Part shown: positions 29,973-37,969 of the stretch, piece by piece
How positions within the stretch are numbered: position 1 is the stretch's first letter
Layout: each line of letters opens with the position of its first letter
Source: a virus
IMG/VR virus record: IMGVR_UViG_3300006065_000007
Location: 20,459-84,458 of that record
DNA: 64,000 bases
Strand: one strand, 5' to 3'
The notes under the pieces: model-generated
What the model saw: only the letters and a program-made list of their open reading frames with translations
The model's database searches: none
What the model was told of the DNA's origin: nothing
Program-made: the position numbers and the translations under genes

Positions 29973-31088
29973 ATGTCAGAAATAATATCAATATCACAAA
30001 AAAATAAACTTTTTACACAAGTTTTGCATATTTTAGGTATGCCTGTTCGTGGAGTAGAATTAACTGAAGAACAATTAATGACATTTTTGGACTTATCTAT
30101 TTCAGAATATGAACAATATGTTAGTGATTGGTTAATTGAATCACAATGGTCAGCATTAATTGGTATAGATGTAGATAATCAATCATTATCTAGAGCATTT
30201 ACAACTAGAAGTTTTGATTATGAAACACAGTACACATATTCATATTCCAAAATAGTAGGTTTACAAGCTGGTGGTCCATATGAACTTAAAAAAGATTTTT
30301 TTGAATTAAAACAAAATGAACAAAACTATGTTATACCCGCAGGAAGGGAAATAAACGAGTTATTGTGGTTTACTAGAGCTGAACTATCAGATTCAATTGT
30401 AGACCCATTTTTAGGTGGTTTTGGTGGATTAGGTGGTGTAGGATTCGGTGGTGTTGGTGGTTTTGCACAAGTAGGAGCATCAGGGTCATATTTTATGTTA
30501 CCAGCATTTGACTTATTATTAAGGATGCAAGATAGAAACTTAAAAAATAGATTAATAGGTGGTGAATTAACTTATAGAATAACTGCAGGACCAAATGGAA
30601 CAAAAATTGTTCATTTATATAATACGCCAGGTGGTAGATTTGATTTTGGTTCAATTAGAAACAATAACTTTAAAGTATGGTATTGGTATTATGAAACAAC
30701 AGATAGGGATGATTGTTTGGAACAAAATAAAGATATAGTAAAATTACCATCTGATATTGAAACCGAAATATTATCTTGGGAAAAGTTAAATAAACCTTCA
30801 CAGAATTGGGTTAGAAAATATTTAATTGCTTATAGTAAAGAAGGTTTAGCCAGAATATGGGGAAAATTCTCGGGTGATTTACAAGTTCCAGACAGTAACA
30901 TTAAATTAGATTACCAATCATTACTAACAGAAGCTAAAGACGAAAAAAGTAAATTAATAGAAGAACTTATGCAACGATTAGAAAGATTAAGACCTGATAA
31001 GATGTTAGAAAGAAAAGCAAATGAAGCAGAAAATTTAAATAAATCGTTAAAATATAGACCATTTATTGCACCTTATAACGTAATATAA
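29973..31088 (+). CDS. Neck protein (gp13-like)
   Basis: ILGMPVRGVELTEEQL, WVRKYLIAYSKEGLARIWGKFSGDLQVP. Confidence 0.7.
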   Translation: MSEIISISQKNKLFTQVLHILGMPVRGVELTEEQLMTFLDLSISEYEQYVSDWLIESQWSALIGIDVDNQSLSRAFTTRSFDYETQYTYSYSKIVGLQAGGPYELKKDFFELKQNEQNYVIPAGREINELLWFTRAELSDSIVDPFLGGFGGLGGVGFGGVGGFAQVGASGSYFMLPAFDLLLRMQDRNLKNRLIGGELTYRITAGPNGTKIVHLYNTPGGRFDFGSIRNNNFKVWYWYYETTDRDDCLEQNKDIVKLPSDIETEILSWEKLNKPSQNWVRKYLIAYSKEGLARIWGKFSGDLQVPDSNIKLDYQSLLTEAKDEKSKLIEELMQRLERLRPDKMLERKANEAENLNKSLKYRPFIAPYNVI

Positions 31089-31128
31089 AAAAAACATCTT
31101 TATATTACGTTATAAAGATGTTTTTTTT
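31087..31128. terminator. Bidirectional terminator between convergent neck and PolB genes
   Basis: A8-CATCTTTATA-ttacgt-TATAAAGATG-T8 perfect stem. Confidence 0.9.
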
Positions 31129-34055
31129 TAATCTTCCATCGCAAATAAATCCACAATTGAAAAATCATTACCATTAGTTTCTATAATTTCTTCATCATCA
31201 TAGTTTTTTACACTATTTTCTTTTAAAGAAACTACATTAGTATTAAATTCTACCCAATACTGATCAACATGCTTTATGGAATCATCCACATACATGTAAA
31301 ATGGATCAACTTGTACTTTATTCCAAAACAAAACCTCACTTTCTGATAGTGTCATCACTTCATTAAAATCATCTTGACCACTTTCTTTTAACGGATAACC
31401 ACTAACTAATTCACATTGATGTTTTGTAAAAAATTGTCTTTCATCTGGGTTTTCTATTATTATATTATCTCTAATTTCTGGATTAAATACAACTAATAAG
31501 GGTTCTATTCGTTTATTAAAATTTGACAAATATTTAGTAACATTATAATCACCTAACATATCAGGATTAGATGTAATTTCAGATTCAGGAATCATATAAC
31601 AATTTATTTCGATAATACTTTCTTTTGGTGGTAATTTACCATGTATTTTTTTATATTCTAATATTTCTTTTCTGTTATAGTTTTCAACATATTTAGTAAC
31701 TTTTTGTACATCACCAGATGTTTTCTTAGTACCATTATTCACATAATAAATTGTTTCCCCTAAAGTTGCATTATAATTATTTAACAATAATAACTCCATG
31801 TGTGCTTGTCTAGCCATCAATGCTCCTGATTTTGTTGTTTTTTTAATATATTTTTTATATTCACCTACACTTTGTTTAACACGTGATTTATTAGCAATTT
31901 TAGATAATGGTATCTCTTTGTTATAAATTTTTTCAACATAAGAATAATATAATTCAACAAATGATAAACCATCACCATCTAATAGATATTTTAAACCTTC
32001 ATCTAAAAATTCTACTACATATTGTTGTAATTTTTTAGATTTAATCGTGTTTCCTGTTAATTTAATTATTTCTTTTCCTTTTTTATTGATTTTAATGATA
32101 TAGTTTTTTCTTGACACATTAATACATGATGGTGCAAAATAATCAATATCCAATCCCATTTCATTTCTCATAAAAATATCATTAAATTCCGCAACATCTG
32201 CATAAACACCATTATAAGTTTTACCATTCTCAACTAACTCATTTTTTCCTTTACCTATATAATGACGGTCATTAATATCATCTGGTGTTGAAAAATTAAT
32301 CCCGTCAGTGTCCATAACGAGAGGTGTATACCCCTTTTTTGAAAAAAACATAATCATCATTCTAAGTAATTGTCTACCTGTACACGTAATCATTTCACCT
32401 TTATCCATATCACCCCAAGGAAATACTAAAGGTGCTGATAATGAACCGAAGTATGCATTAATAAAGATTTTAATAGGTAATTGTTTTCTATCATACATTT
32501 CAGACAATTCAGAATTAATTTCTTTAAATTCTGCAGCTAAATTTTTATATTTTATTCTATAATCTCTAAAATATTTAAGTAAGGATCTCTGAACATTCAT
32601 AACATCACATTCAGGGAAAACATCATAAACTAACTGAATTGATGGATAAAGTGATGAATAGTCAAATTTAACGATATTTTTTGAATACCCCACTTGTAAT
32701 AATCTTGATAATCCACCTGTTATTGGTCGTTTTTCGTTTTTTAATGGAATTGATAAATTATTTTCATATGACCATGCTAACATTATTAATTTCCATAATG
32801 TTGCTGTACCCATTGTAGATACTCTTTCATATGTAGTTGGTACTAATTTAGAAAGAAGAAATGAAGATTGACTAAAGGAATCGTCAACAACCATAGTTTC
32901 AAATAAGTCATCATCTAGATATTGACCAACAATTTCTTTTCCAGACCATACATTATATTTTCCTGGATATCTATCTAAAAGATTTTCGGTTCCAGGTTCA
33001 TCTATTCTTTTAAATTTTCCTGTTTTGGGGTTAATATAATATTTGATAGGGTCTTTATAAATCGAAGAAATAAATGCACCATCAACATAAACACGATTAG
33101 GTTTTTCTTTACCTAAATATTTCGTTATATACTTCAACCCCCATGATTTTATTTCTGAATTAATTGCTTGTGCTCTTCTAACAGCGTGTGAAATATCTAT
33201 TATATTAAAACCCCAAAGAACAAATTGTGTATAAGGCTCAACCTCACTAGCTAATTTTAAAACACCATCTTTTGTTTTAATACCATCCAAAGTATAAAGT
33301 TGTGTATATTTTTTATAGTTAACTTTATTTATTTCTGCTCGTTTTATAATAAACGGAAAGTCAAAAGATGCTGAATTGTAACCACCAATTATTGTTGGGT
33401 TTACTTCTTTTATTATTTCGAAAAATTTTATAATACAATTACCTTCACCACCTTCATCATATGGACTAATTATTTTTTTAAAACCTCTATTGTCTTTAAT
33501 ACCAATAAGAATAATTTCATCTTTTTCTGGGTCTAAACCTGTTGTTTCGATGTCAAATACTAATCTATGTACATCTGAATAATTTTCTAGACCTTTGAAA
33601 AATCTTTTCTTCTTTTGAATTAAAAATTGTTCAACTGGTGTTAATATTGTAAAATATTTTTTATGTTTTTCACCCCAAGGATCTATACCACCTTGTTTAA
33701 AGAAATTCATTAAATGTGAATATCCTTTTAAACTTTTTACTAAAAATCTTTGTCCTTTTTCTAAACGTTCATTATTATGTGTATCTAAATTTTCTATTAA
33801 AATACCAAATTCAGCCATTTTCTTCTTTTGAAGAGACTTGTTATTTTGATAAAAATCAAGACCTGTTAAATCATTAACCCATAAAAAAGGTACTAATTTA
33901 TCTTCTTTTATTATTTTACCACGAACTGGATCTTGTATTATTTTGAAAATTTTATTTGTTGGATAATCGTATTCTATACCGACTATAAATTCTTCAGGAT
34001 CAGCACCATTTAGAAAATTCTCAATAATTTCTTGTGAAATAAACGTATTATTCAT
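31128..34055 (-). CDS. Family B DNA polymerase
   Basis: Exo I FDIETTG, Exo II YNSASFDFPF, DYSSLYPS, KIFINAYFG, MDTDG. Confidence 0.95.
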   Translation of the reverse strand: MNNTFISQEIIENFLNGADPEEFIVGIEYDYPTNKIFKIIQDPVRGKIIKEDKLVPFLWVNDLTGLDFYQNNKSLQKKKMAEFGILIENLDTHNNERLEKGQRFLVKSLKGYSHLMNFFKQGGIDPWGEKHKKYFTILTPVEQFLIQKKKRFFKGLENYSDVHRLVFDIETTGLDPEKDEIILIGIKDNRGFKKIISPYDEGGEGNCIIKFFEIIKEVNPTIIGGYNSASFDFPFIIKRAEINKVNYKKYTQLYTLDGIKTKDGVLKLASEVEPYTQFVLWGFNIIDISHAVRRAQAINSEIKSWGLKYITKYLGKEKPNRVYVDGAFISSIYKDPIKYYINPKTGKFKRIDEPGTENLLDRYPGKYNVWSGKEIVGQYLDDDLFETMVVDDSFSQSSFLLSKLVPTTYERVSTMGTATLWKLIMLAWSYENNLSIPLKNEKRPITGGLSRLLQVGYSKNIVKFDYSSLYPSIQLVYDVFPECDVMNVQRSLLKYFRDYRIKYKNLAAEFKEINSELSEMYDRKQLPIKIFINAYFGSLSAPLVFPWGDMDKGEMITCTGRQLLRMMIMFFSKKGYTPLVMDTDGINFSTPDDINDRHYIGKGKNELVENGKTYNGVYADVAEFNDIFMRNEMGLDIDYFAPSCINVSRKNYIIKINKKGKEIIKLTGNTIKSKKLQQYVVEFLDEGLKYLLDGDGLSFVELYYSYVEKIYNKEIPLSKIANKSRVKQSVGEYKKYIKKTTKSGALMARQAHMELLLLNNYNATLGETIYYVNNGTKKTSGDVQKVTKYVENYNRKEILEYKKIHGKLPPKESIIEINCYMIPESEITSNPDMLGDYNVTKYLSNFNKRIEPLLVVFNPEIRDNIIIENPDERQFFTKHQCELVSGYPLKESGQDDFNEVMTLSESEVLFWNKVQVDPFYMYVDDSIKHVDQYWVEFNTNVVSLKENSVKNYDDEEIIETNGNDFSIVDLFAMED

Positions 34056-34165
34056 ATTTTAAGTATTAAATGTCTTATTATCATATAAAACAACTTGTTT
34101 TATAGTTTGACTTAAATTAAAATATAAATAATTTTTTTTTAAAATAAAAAAATAATAACAATAAA

Positions 34166-34197
34166 TTTGGTGTTTAAAAAAAAATGTAATATATTTG
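34166..34197 (+). promoter_or_regulatory. Bacteroidota-type primary sigma promoter
   Basis: TTTG (34166-69), 20 nt spacer, TATATTTG (34190-97) matches TTTG-N19..21-TAnnTTTG; 15 nt before ATG 34213. Confidence 0.8.
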
Positions 34198-34212
34198 TAG
34201 AAAATTTCAATA

Positions 34213-34461
34213 ATGAAAAAAGAAGAAGTAATTAGATTAGGAAAATTAATGGGTCTTTCTTTTGATGAAAGAACAAACTATAAAGATTCACTTGAAAAGG
34301 GTAGAGTTGTTTTTGATGGTTGTAATGGACAAAGATTTTTAATTGAAAGTACTTGGACAGATGACGAAATATTTGAAAAAATAGGTAAATCATTAATACT
34401 ATTAGGTAAAAGAATGAAAGCTTATGAAATACATAAAATTCTTTCTATTAATAGTGACTAA
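34213..34461 (+). CDS. Hypothetical protein (82 aa)
   Basis: ORF directly downstream of a host-type promoter. Confidence 0.65.
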   Translation: MKKEEVIRLGKLMGLSFDERTNYKDSLEKGRVVFDGCNGQRFLIESTWTDDEIFEKIGKSLILLGKRMKAYEIHKILSINSD

Positions 34462-34473
34462 AAATATAACACC

Positions 34474-34638
34474 ATGAAAATTATATATTCTAAAGAAATA
34501 TTTGAAGGTTTTACTCACAGATTTAAAGTTGAATTTGATAAAAAAACTAAATTAGGAGCAGATAACTTCAAGCTGGCAACCAGCCCACACTTGCGGTTAT
34601 TGTATGTTGGGCTGGCGTTTAATACTTTATCAAAATGA
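34474..34638 (+). pseudogene. Short ORF (54 aa) probably truncated where it runs into a degenerate att-like site
   Basis: MKIIYSKEIFEGFTHRFKVEFDKKTKLGADN, then composition switches to GC-rich att-like sequence. Confidence 0.35.
34561..34612 (-). other. Degenerate attC-like half site (site 0)
   Basis: GATAAC...CCCACACTTGCGGTTATTGTAT-GTTGGGC; GTTGGGC approximates the complement of GCCCATAAC at 34904 with a 2 nt gap. Confidence 0.4.
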
Positions 34639-34871
34639 GTGAATTTAAGCAGTACAAGCGTACACAAATTGCAGAAATGCGACCTGTAACACAACACGAA
34701 GCAGACAACAAGGATGCTATTTTAGACAATGGTATTTCTGTTTCACAAGCGGATTTAGAAAATGGAAGTCCAAAAATTGGTGATATGATTGCCCGAAACC
34801 CTAAAAACCACAAAGACCAATGGTTGGTGGCTAAACAGTATTTCGAGGATAATTTTGAACCGATGCAGTAA
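34635..34871 (+). CDS. Hypothetical protein (78 aa), cassette-borne, GC-richer than neighbours
   Basis: GDMIARNPKNHKDQWLVAKQYFEDNF; followed by hairpin 34878-34907. Confidence 0.75.
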   Translation: MSEFKQYKRTQIAEMRPVTQHEADNKDAILDNGISVSQADLENGSPKIGDMIARNPKNHKDQWLVAKQYFEDNFEPMQ

Positions 34872-34903
34872 AGTTTCGGGTGAGCGTGGGGTTTCTTACG
34901 CTT

Positions 34904-35001
34904 GCCCATAACGGTTGGGTGTATGAGAAGGTTTGCTTAGATAGACTTTCAAATTACCACAACTGTTGATAGCAAACTTTCTTATACACCTTGTTATAAG
35001 C
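34904..35001 (-). other. attC-like site 1
   Basis: ATAAC-GGTT-GGGTGTATGAGAAGGTTTGC...GCAAACTTTCTTATACACCT-T-GTTATAAGC. Confidence 0.8.
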
Positions 35002-35107
35002 TGGTGTGGATTGTTTAGATAAAACTTAATTAATAACGATAAACTCTTTTTCTTTTTTTTGTGGGAAGGGAAATAATAATTATATTTACAAAATAAAAAG
35101 TAAAATT

Positions 35108-35542
35108 ATGAAAAACAAAATACAACAAAAGATATACGCAATTTACCAATCGTTCTTATCCTACGCTTCAAAACTGCGCATATCTTCATTCGTTGGCGGT
35201 CAGTTTAAAAGAAGACAGAACAAATTCAATTTAGACGATTTAGACACGAATGAAAGAAATAAAATTATGGCAACAATTAAAGAAGTGGCATCAGAATTAG
35301 GGGAAAAAATAATAGACTTAGGTACTAAGGTTGTAATTATTGATGTAATTCAATCAGACATAAATAAGTTAGTTGAAACCAAAACAAAAAAGAAATTATC
35401 GGTAGAAACTAAATTAAAGATAGTTGATGAAATTGAGATATATGTGAAATCAAAAAAACAATTAATAACAGAATCTGAAGATTATGATATATTAATTGAC
35501 TTAGTGAATGAATTAAAAAATAGAATCAAAAATGGAAAATAA
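35108..35542 (+). CDS. Hypothetical protein; native cassette start probably 35267 (MATIKEV), with upstream ATG 35108 reading through att site 4
   Basis: AAAATT-ATG context at both 35108 and 35267; first 30 aa are encoded by the hairpin. Confidence 0.6.
   Translation: MKNKIQQKIYAIYQSFLSYASKLRISSFVGGQFKRRQNKFNLDDLDTNERNKIMATIKEVASELGEKIIDLGTKVVIIDVIQSDINKLVETKTKKKLSVETKLKIVDEIEIYVKSKKQLITESEDYDILIDLVNELKNRIKNGK
35117..35200 (+). other. attC-like site 4 (opposite orientation to sites 1 and 2)
   Basis: AAAATACAAC-AA-AAGATATACGCA...TGCGCATATCTT-CATTC-GTTGGCGGT. Confidence 0.75.
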
Positions 35543-36005
35543 TATACAAGAACAAGTTAATTGTTTGTTAGAACGAGTATCTAATTTAGAAATTATTGGA
35601 TTTGAATTTTATCTTCCATTGGGAATTTCTTTATTAGCGTTAGGTATAACAATATACCATTTCATATTAAAAAGACGATATGAAACCTTTGATAGAATTG
35701 AAAATAATATAGATAATGCAAGAGTATATCTTTTCCAAACAGTATTTGAGTTGTCTAAAAATAGAGATATTGATAATGAGATGAAATTAAAAATTATTAA
35801 TACAGCACAAGAACACCTAAATAATAAGTTTGATGATGCTTGTAGAAAATATAATAAATGTAGAATAGACAGAAAGGAATTTAGACATAAATACCATCAA
35901 GCGATTGTTGATATAGTTAACAACAATAAAGATTCGTTTAACTCTAACTTAACTAAACATGGTAACATATTAGAATATTACCAAAAAGAACATCAACAAA
36001 AATAA
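35532..36005 (+). CDS. Membrane-anchored hypothetical protein (DUF4760-like), cassette-borne
   Basis: One TM segment (FYLPLGISLLALGITIYHFIL), then N.FDDACRKY..RID.KEF...Y helical motif. Confidence 0.55.
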   Translation: MENNIQEQVNCLLERVSNLEIIGFEFYLPLGISLLALGITIYHFILKRRYETFDRIENNIDNARVYLFQTVFELSKNRDIDNEMKLKIINTAQEHLNNKFDDACRKYNKCRIDRKEFRHKYHQAIVDIVNNNKDSFNSNLTKHGNILEYYQKEHQQK

Positions 36006-36013
36006 AAAACCGA

Positions 36014-36152
36014 ACCGCCAACATTGTGTATGTGCAAGTGGGGGTTTGGTGGTAAATTGAAAGGATGATGATTTCTATTGACATTTGTAGTTAAGGAAAG
36101 TGAATTACTATTTAATCCCCACCTGACACATACACAAGGAACGTTGTATTTT
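36014..36152 (+). other. attC-like site 3
   Basis: ACCGCCAAC-A-TTGTGTATGTGCAAGTGGGG...CCCCACCTGACACATACACAA-GGAAC-GTTGTATTTT; begins 8 nt after the ORF stop. Confidence 0.8.
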
Positions 36153-36263
36153 ATTATGAAACATTTTTCATAATTTTAAGTATAAATATTAAAGTGGGTG
36201 GGAAGAAAAAAAGAAAAAGATTCATAAACGAAAATGTTAATAAATAACGATAATAGAACACTT

Positions 36264-36362
36264 GCTTATAACGGTTACGTGTATATTTCAGGTTTGCTTG
36301 TACGAACTTTAAATTATACACAAATGCTGATGCAAACTTGAATATACACGTTGTTATGTGTA
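36264..36362 (-). other. attC-like site 2
   Basis: GCTTATAAC-GGTT-ACGTGTATATTTCAGGTTTGC...GCAAACTTGAATATACACGT-T-GTTATGTGTA; one extrahelical T. Confidence 0.8.
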
Positions 36363-36458
36363 TGTGTGGTTAATTAAGGTAGAATATTTAATAAAAGAAC
36401 TGAACAAAAAATTTAAAAGAAAAGAAGGGTAATATTTTTTTATTTGAGAAATTATCAT

Positions 36459-36466
36459 TACCTTTG
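36459..36466 (+). promoter_or_regulatory. Bacteroidota-type -7 element inside cassette Y
   Basis: TACCTTTG matches TAnnTTTG; no canonically spaced -33 TTTG. Confidence 0.45.
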
Positions 36467-36480
36467 TAGAAAACAATTAA

Positions 36481-36597
36481 AAAGTTAAAATAACAAGAGA
36501 AGATTCTAATAATTATGTAATCACAATGGATTTACGATTTGATAGAATAAACTTGGAGATTGATAAGGGATTAATAACCAAATGTGATATAGGATAA
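36481..36597 (+). pseudogene. 5'-truncated peptidase inhibitor I78/potato inhibitor I-like remnant
   Basis: KVKITREDSNNYVITMDLRFDRINLEIDKGLITKCDIG*; TMD.R.DR.N...D.G.I...IG motif; upstream in-frame stop, no N-terminal ATG. Confidence 0.55.
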
Positions 36598-36615
36598 TCA
36601 TAGTTTTTATTTTAT

Positions 36616-36633
36616 TACACATAACACGTTATA
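36616..36633. other. Terminal minimal core site (attI-like or collapsed att)
   Basis: TACACATAAC-AC-GTTAT; TACACATAAC is the exact complement of GTTATGTGTA of site 2. Confidence 0.55.
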
Positions 36634-36655
36634 TATTAATATTAACTAAAGATTA

Positions 36656-36880
36656 ATGAAAAGGATATCAATAACTTACACTATAAAATATGAACTTAGT
36701 TTTTCATCAAACTATGTGTGGTTAAATAATAATCAATGTTATAATTTGAAAACAGGAAGAACAATAAAACAAACGATTGTTGGTGGAAGTATTGGTTATA
36801 TTATAAATGGTAAATTTAAATCATTAACATATCTTAGAAAGTATTTAGTTAAACCGAAAAAATATGTTTGTCCTTTTTAA
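36656..36880 (+). CDS. Hypothetical basic protein (74 aa)
   Basis: YNLKTGRTIKQTIVGGSIGYIINGKFKSL...CPF; possible nucleic-acid binder. Confidence 0.65.
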   Translation: MKRISITYTIKYELSFSSNYVWLNNNQCYNLKTGRTIKQTIVGGSIGYIINGKFKSLTYLRKYLVKPKKYVCPF

Positions 36881-37245
36881 ATTACATTAATGAACATTTT
36901 TTCCTTTATAGGTAATATTAATTTATTTATAATATCCAAATTTGTATCATTAAATTGTATAGTAATAATACCTTCATATCTACCAATCTTAGATGTATCT
37001 TCCTCAGAAAATTGATAAACAATAAAATATTCATCTGTGACATAATTAAATTTTTTTATTCTAGTAGTTAAATTACAAACACCATTTAAAATTTGATATT
37101 CACCTGTTTTAACGTTAAACATGTCTAATGTTATATCAGAATTTTCTAACATACTATTAAAGGATGATTTATCATTTAAACCATCATCAATTAATTTTAA
37201 TTTAAGTATGGGTTGGTTAGACCCTTTTCTAATAAAAAACTCCAT
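36877..37245 (-). CDS. Structural protein, BppU-N-like (likely start MEFFIRK at 37245)
   Basis: FIRKGSNQPILKLKL...YQFSEEDTSKIGRYEG..LILPI. Confidence 0.5.
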   Translation of the reverse strand: MEFFIRKGSNQPILKLKLIDDGLNDKSSFNSMLENSDITLDMFNVKTGEYQILNGVCNLTTRIKKFNYVTDEYFIVYQFSEEDTSKIGRYEGIITIQFNDTNLDIINKLILPIKEKMFINVI

Positions 37246-37264
37246 ATATATAAATATCAAAGAT

Positions 37265-37306
37265 AAAAAAAGAGGAAAACAAGATTTTAAGTTTTCCTCT
37301 TTTTTT
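37265..37306. terminator. Bidirectional terminator
   Basis: A7-GAGGAAAAC...GTTTTCCTC-T7. Confidence 0.85.
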
Positions 37307-37317
37307 AAAATTAAACA

Positions 37318-37701
37318 CTAAGTTCTTGTTTTTTTCTTTTGAACGTACCAGTCAATTGCTGCGGCAATAAAACGTGTTAATGAATCAAATACCATTAATT
37401 CAGTTTCCTCGTCTACTTTTGGAATATCAATTCTTTTATTAAGTAGGTCAGTTGTTAATCTTCTTACTTCTTCAGTTTTTAACGCAATAGCTGCATCCAC
37501 AATTGGAATAAGGTCATTTTTCCATTCTTCATTTATTTTATCCAAACCGTTGTTATCAGCTGCTTGAATAATCATTTTAAAAAACATTCTATCAAATGTT
37601 TCAATGATTGGATTTTTAAATTTAAAAAAATCATCTAAAATTCGTGCCAAGAAATCTTCTTGTTCAGGTGTTAATATACCCTTTCTGTTTAAATTACTCA
37701 T
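37318..37701 (-). CDS. Hypothetical protein (127 aa)
   Basis: ORF overlapping the putative holin stop. Confidence 0.6.
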   Translation of the reverse strand: MSNLNRKGILTPEQEDFLARILDDFFKFKNPIIETFDRMFFKMIIQAADNNGLDKINEEWKNDLIPIVDAAIALKTEEVRRLTTDLLNKRIDIPKVDEETELMVFDSLTRFIAAAIDWYVQKKKTRT

Positions 37702-37943
37702 AATTCTTCGTTTTTATTTTTATTTATTTGTTTATTATATAATTCTGAACTTCGTTTATATACACCATGTGTAGCTGAACCGTATAATAATATTTCTAAA
37801 ATTTGTTTAATTTCAGAATACGTTCCATCTGGTATAAAATTAGGAAATATAGATTTAATCAAAACCAGTAAAAGCATAGATGATGCTGATATGTATGTTT
37901 TGTTACCATCAATTTTTTTCCAAATTTTTTTTATAAATTCCAT
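37698..37943 (-). CDS. Putative holin (two TM segments; likely start 37943)
   Basis: GNKTYISASSMLLLVLIKSIFP...ILEILLYGSATHG, basic C-terminus. Confidence 0.5.
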   Translation of the reverse strand: MEFIKKIWKKIDGNKTYISASSMLLLVLIKSIFPNFIPDGTYSEIKQILEILLYGSATHGVYKRSSELYNKQINKNKNEEL

Positions 37944-37969
37944 ATATAATATAAATATCACCATTTTTA

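Larger units (their letters stand above)
34561..36633. mobile_element. Integron-like gene-cassette array (attC-like foldback sites, no integrase in window)
   Basis: Four full imperfect hairpins bounded by AAC...GTT; inner core of each matches the distal end of its cassette by 9-10 bp (see findings). Confidence 0.8.

Noticed and set aside
34904-36362. att-like hairpins read as CRISPR repeats, tRNAs or plain terminators
   Set aside because: They are not identical repeats, have no cloverleaf/CCA/T-loop, are much longer than terminators, lack T tails, and show cross-cassette core complementarity.
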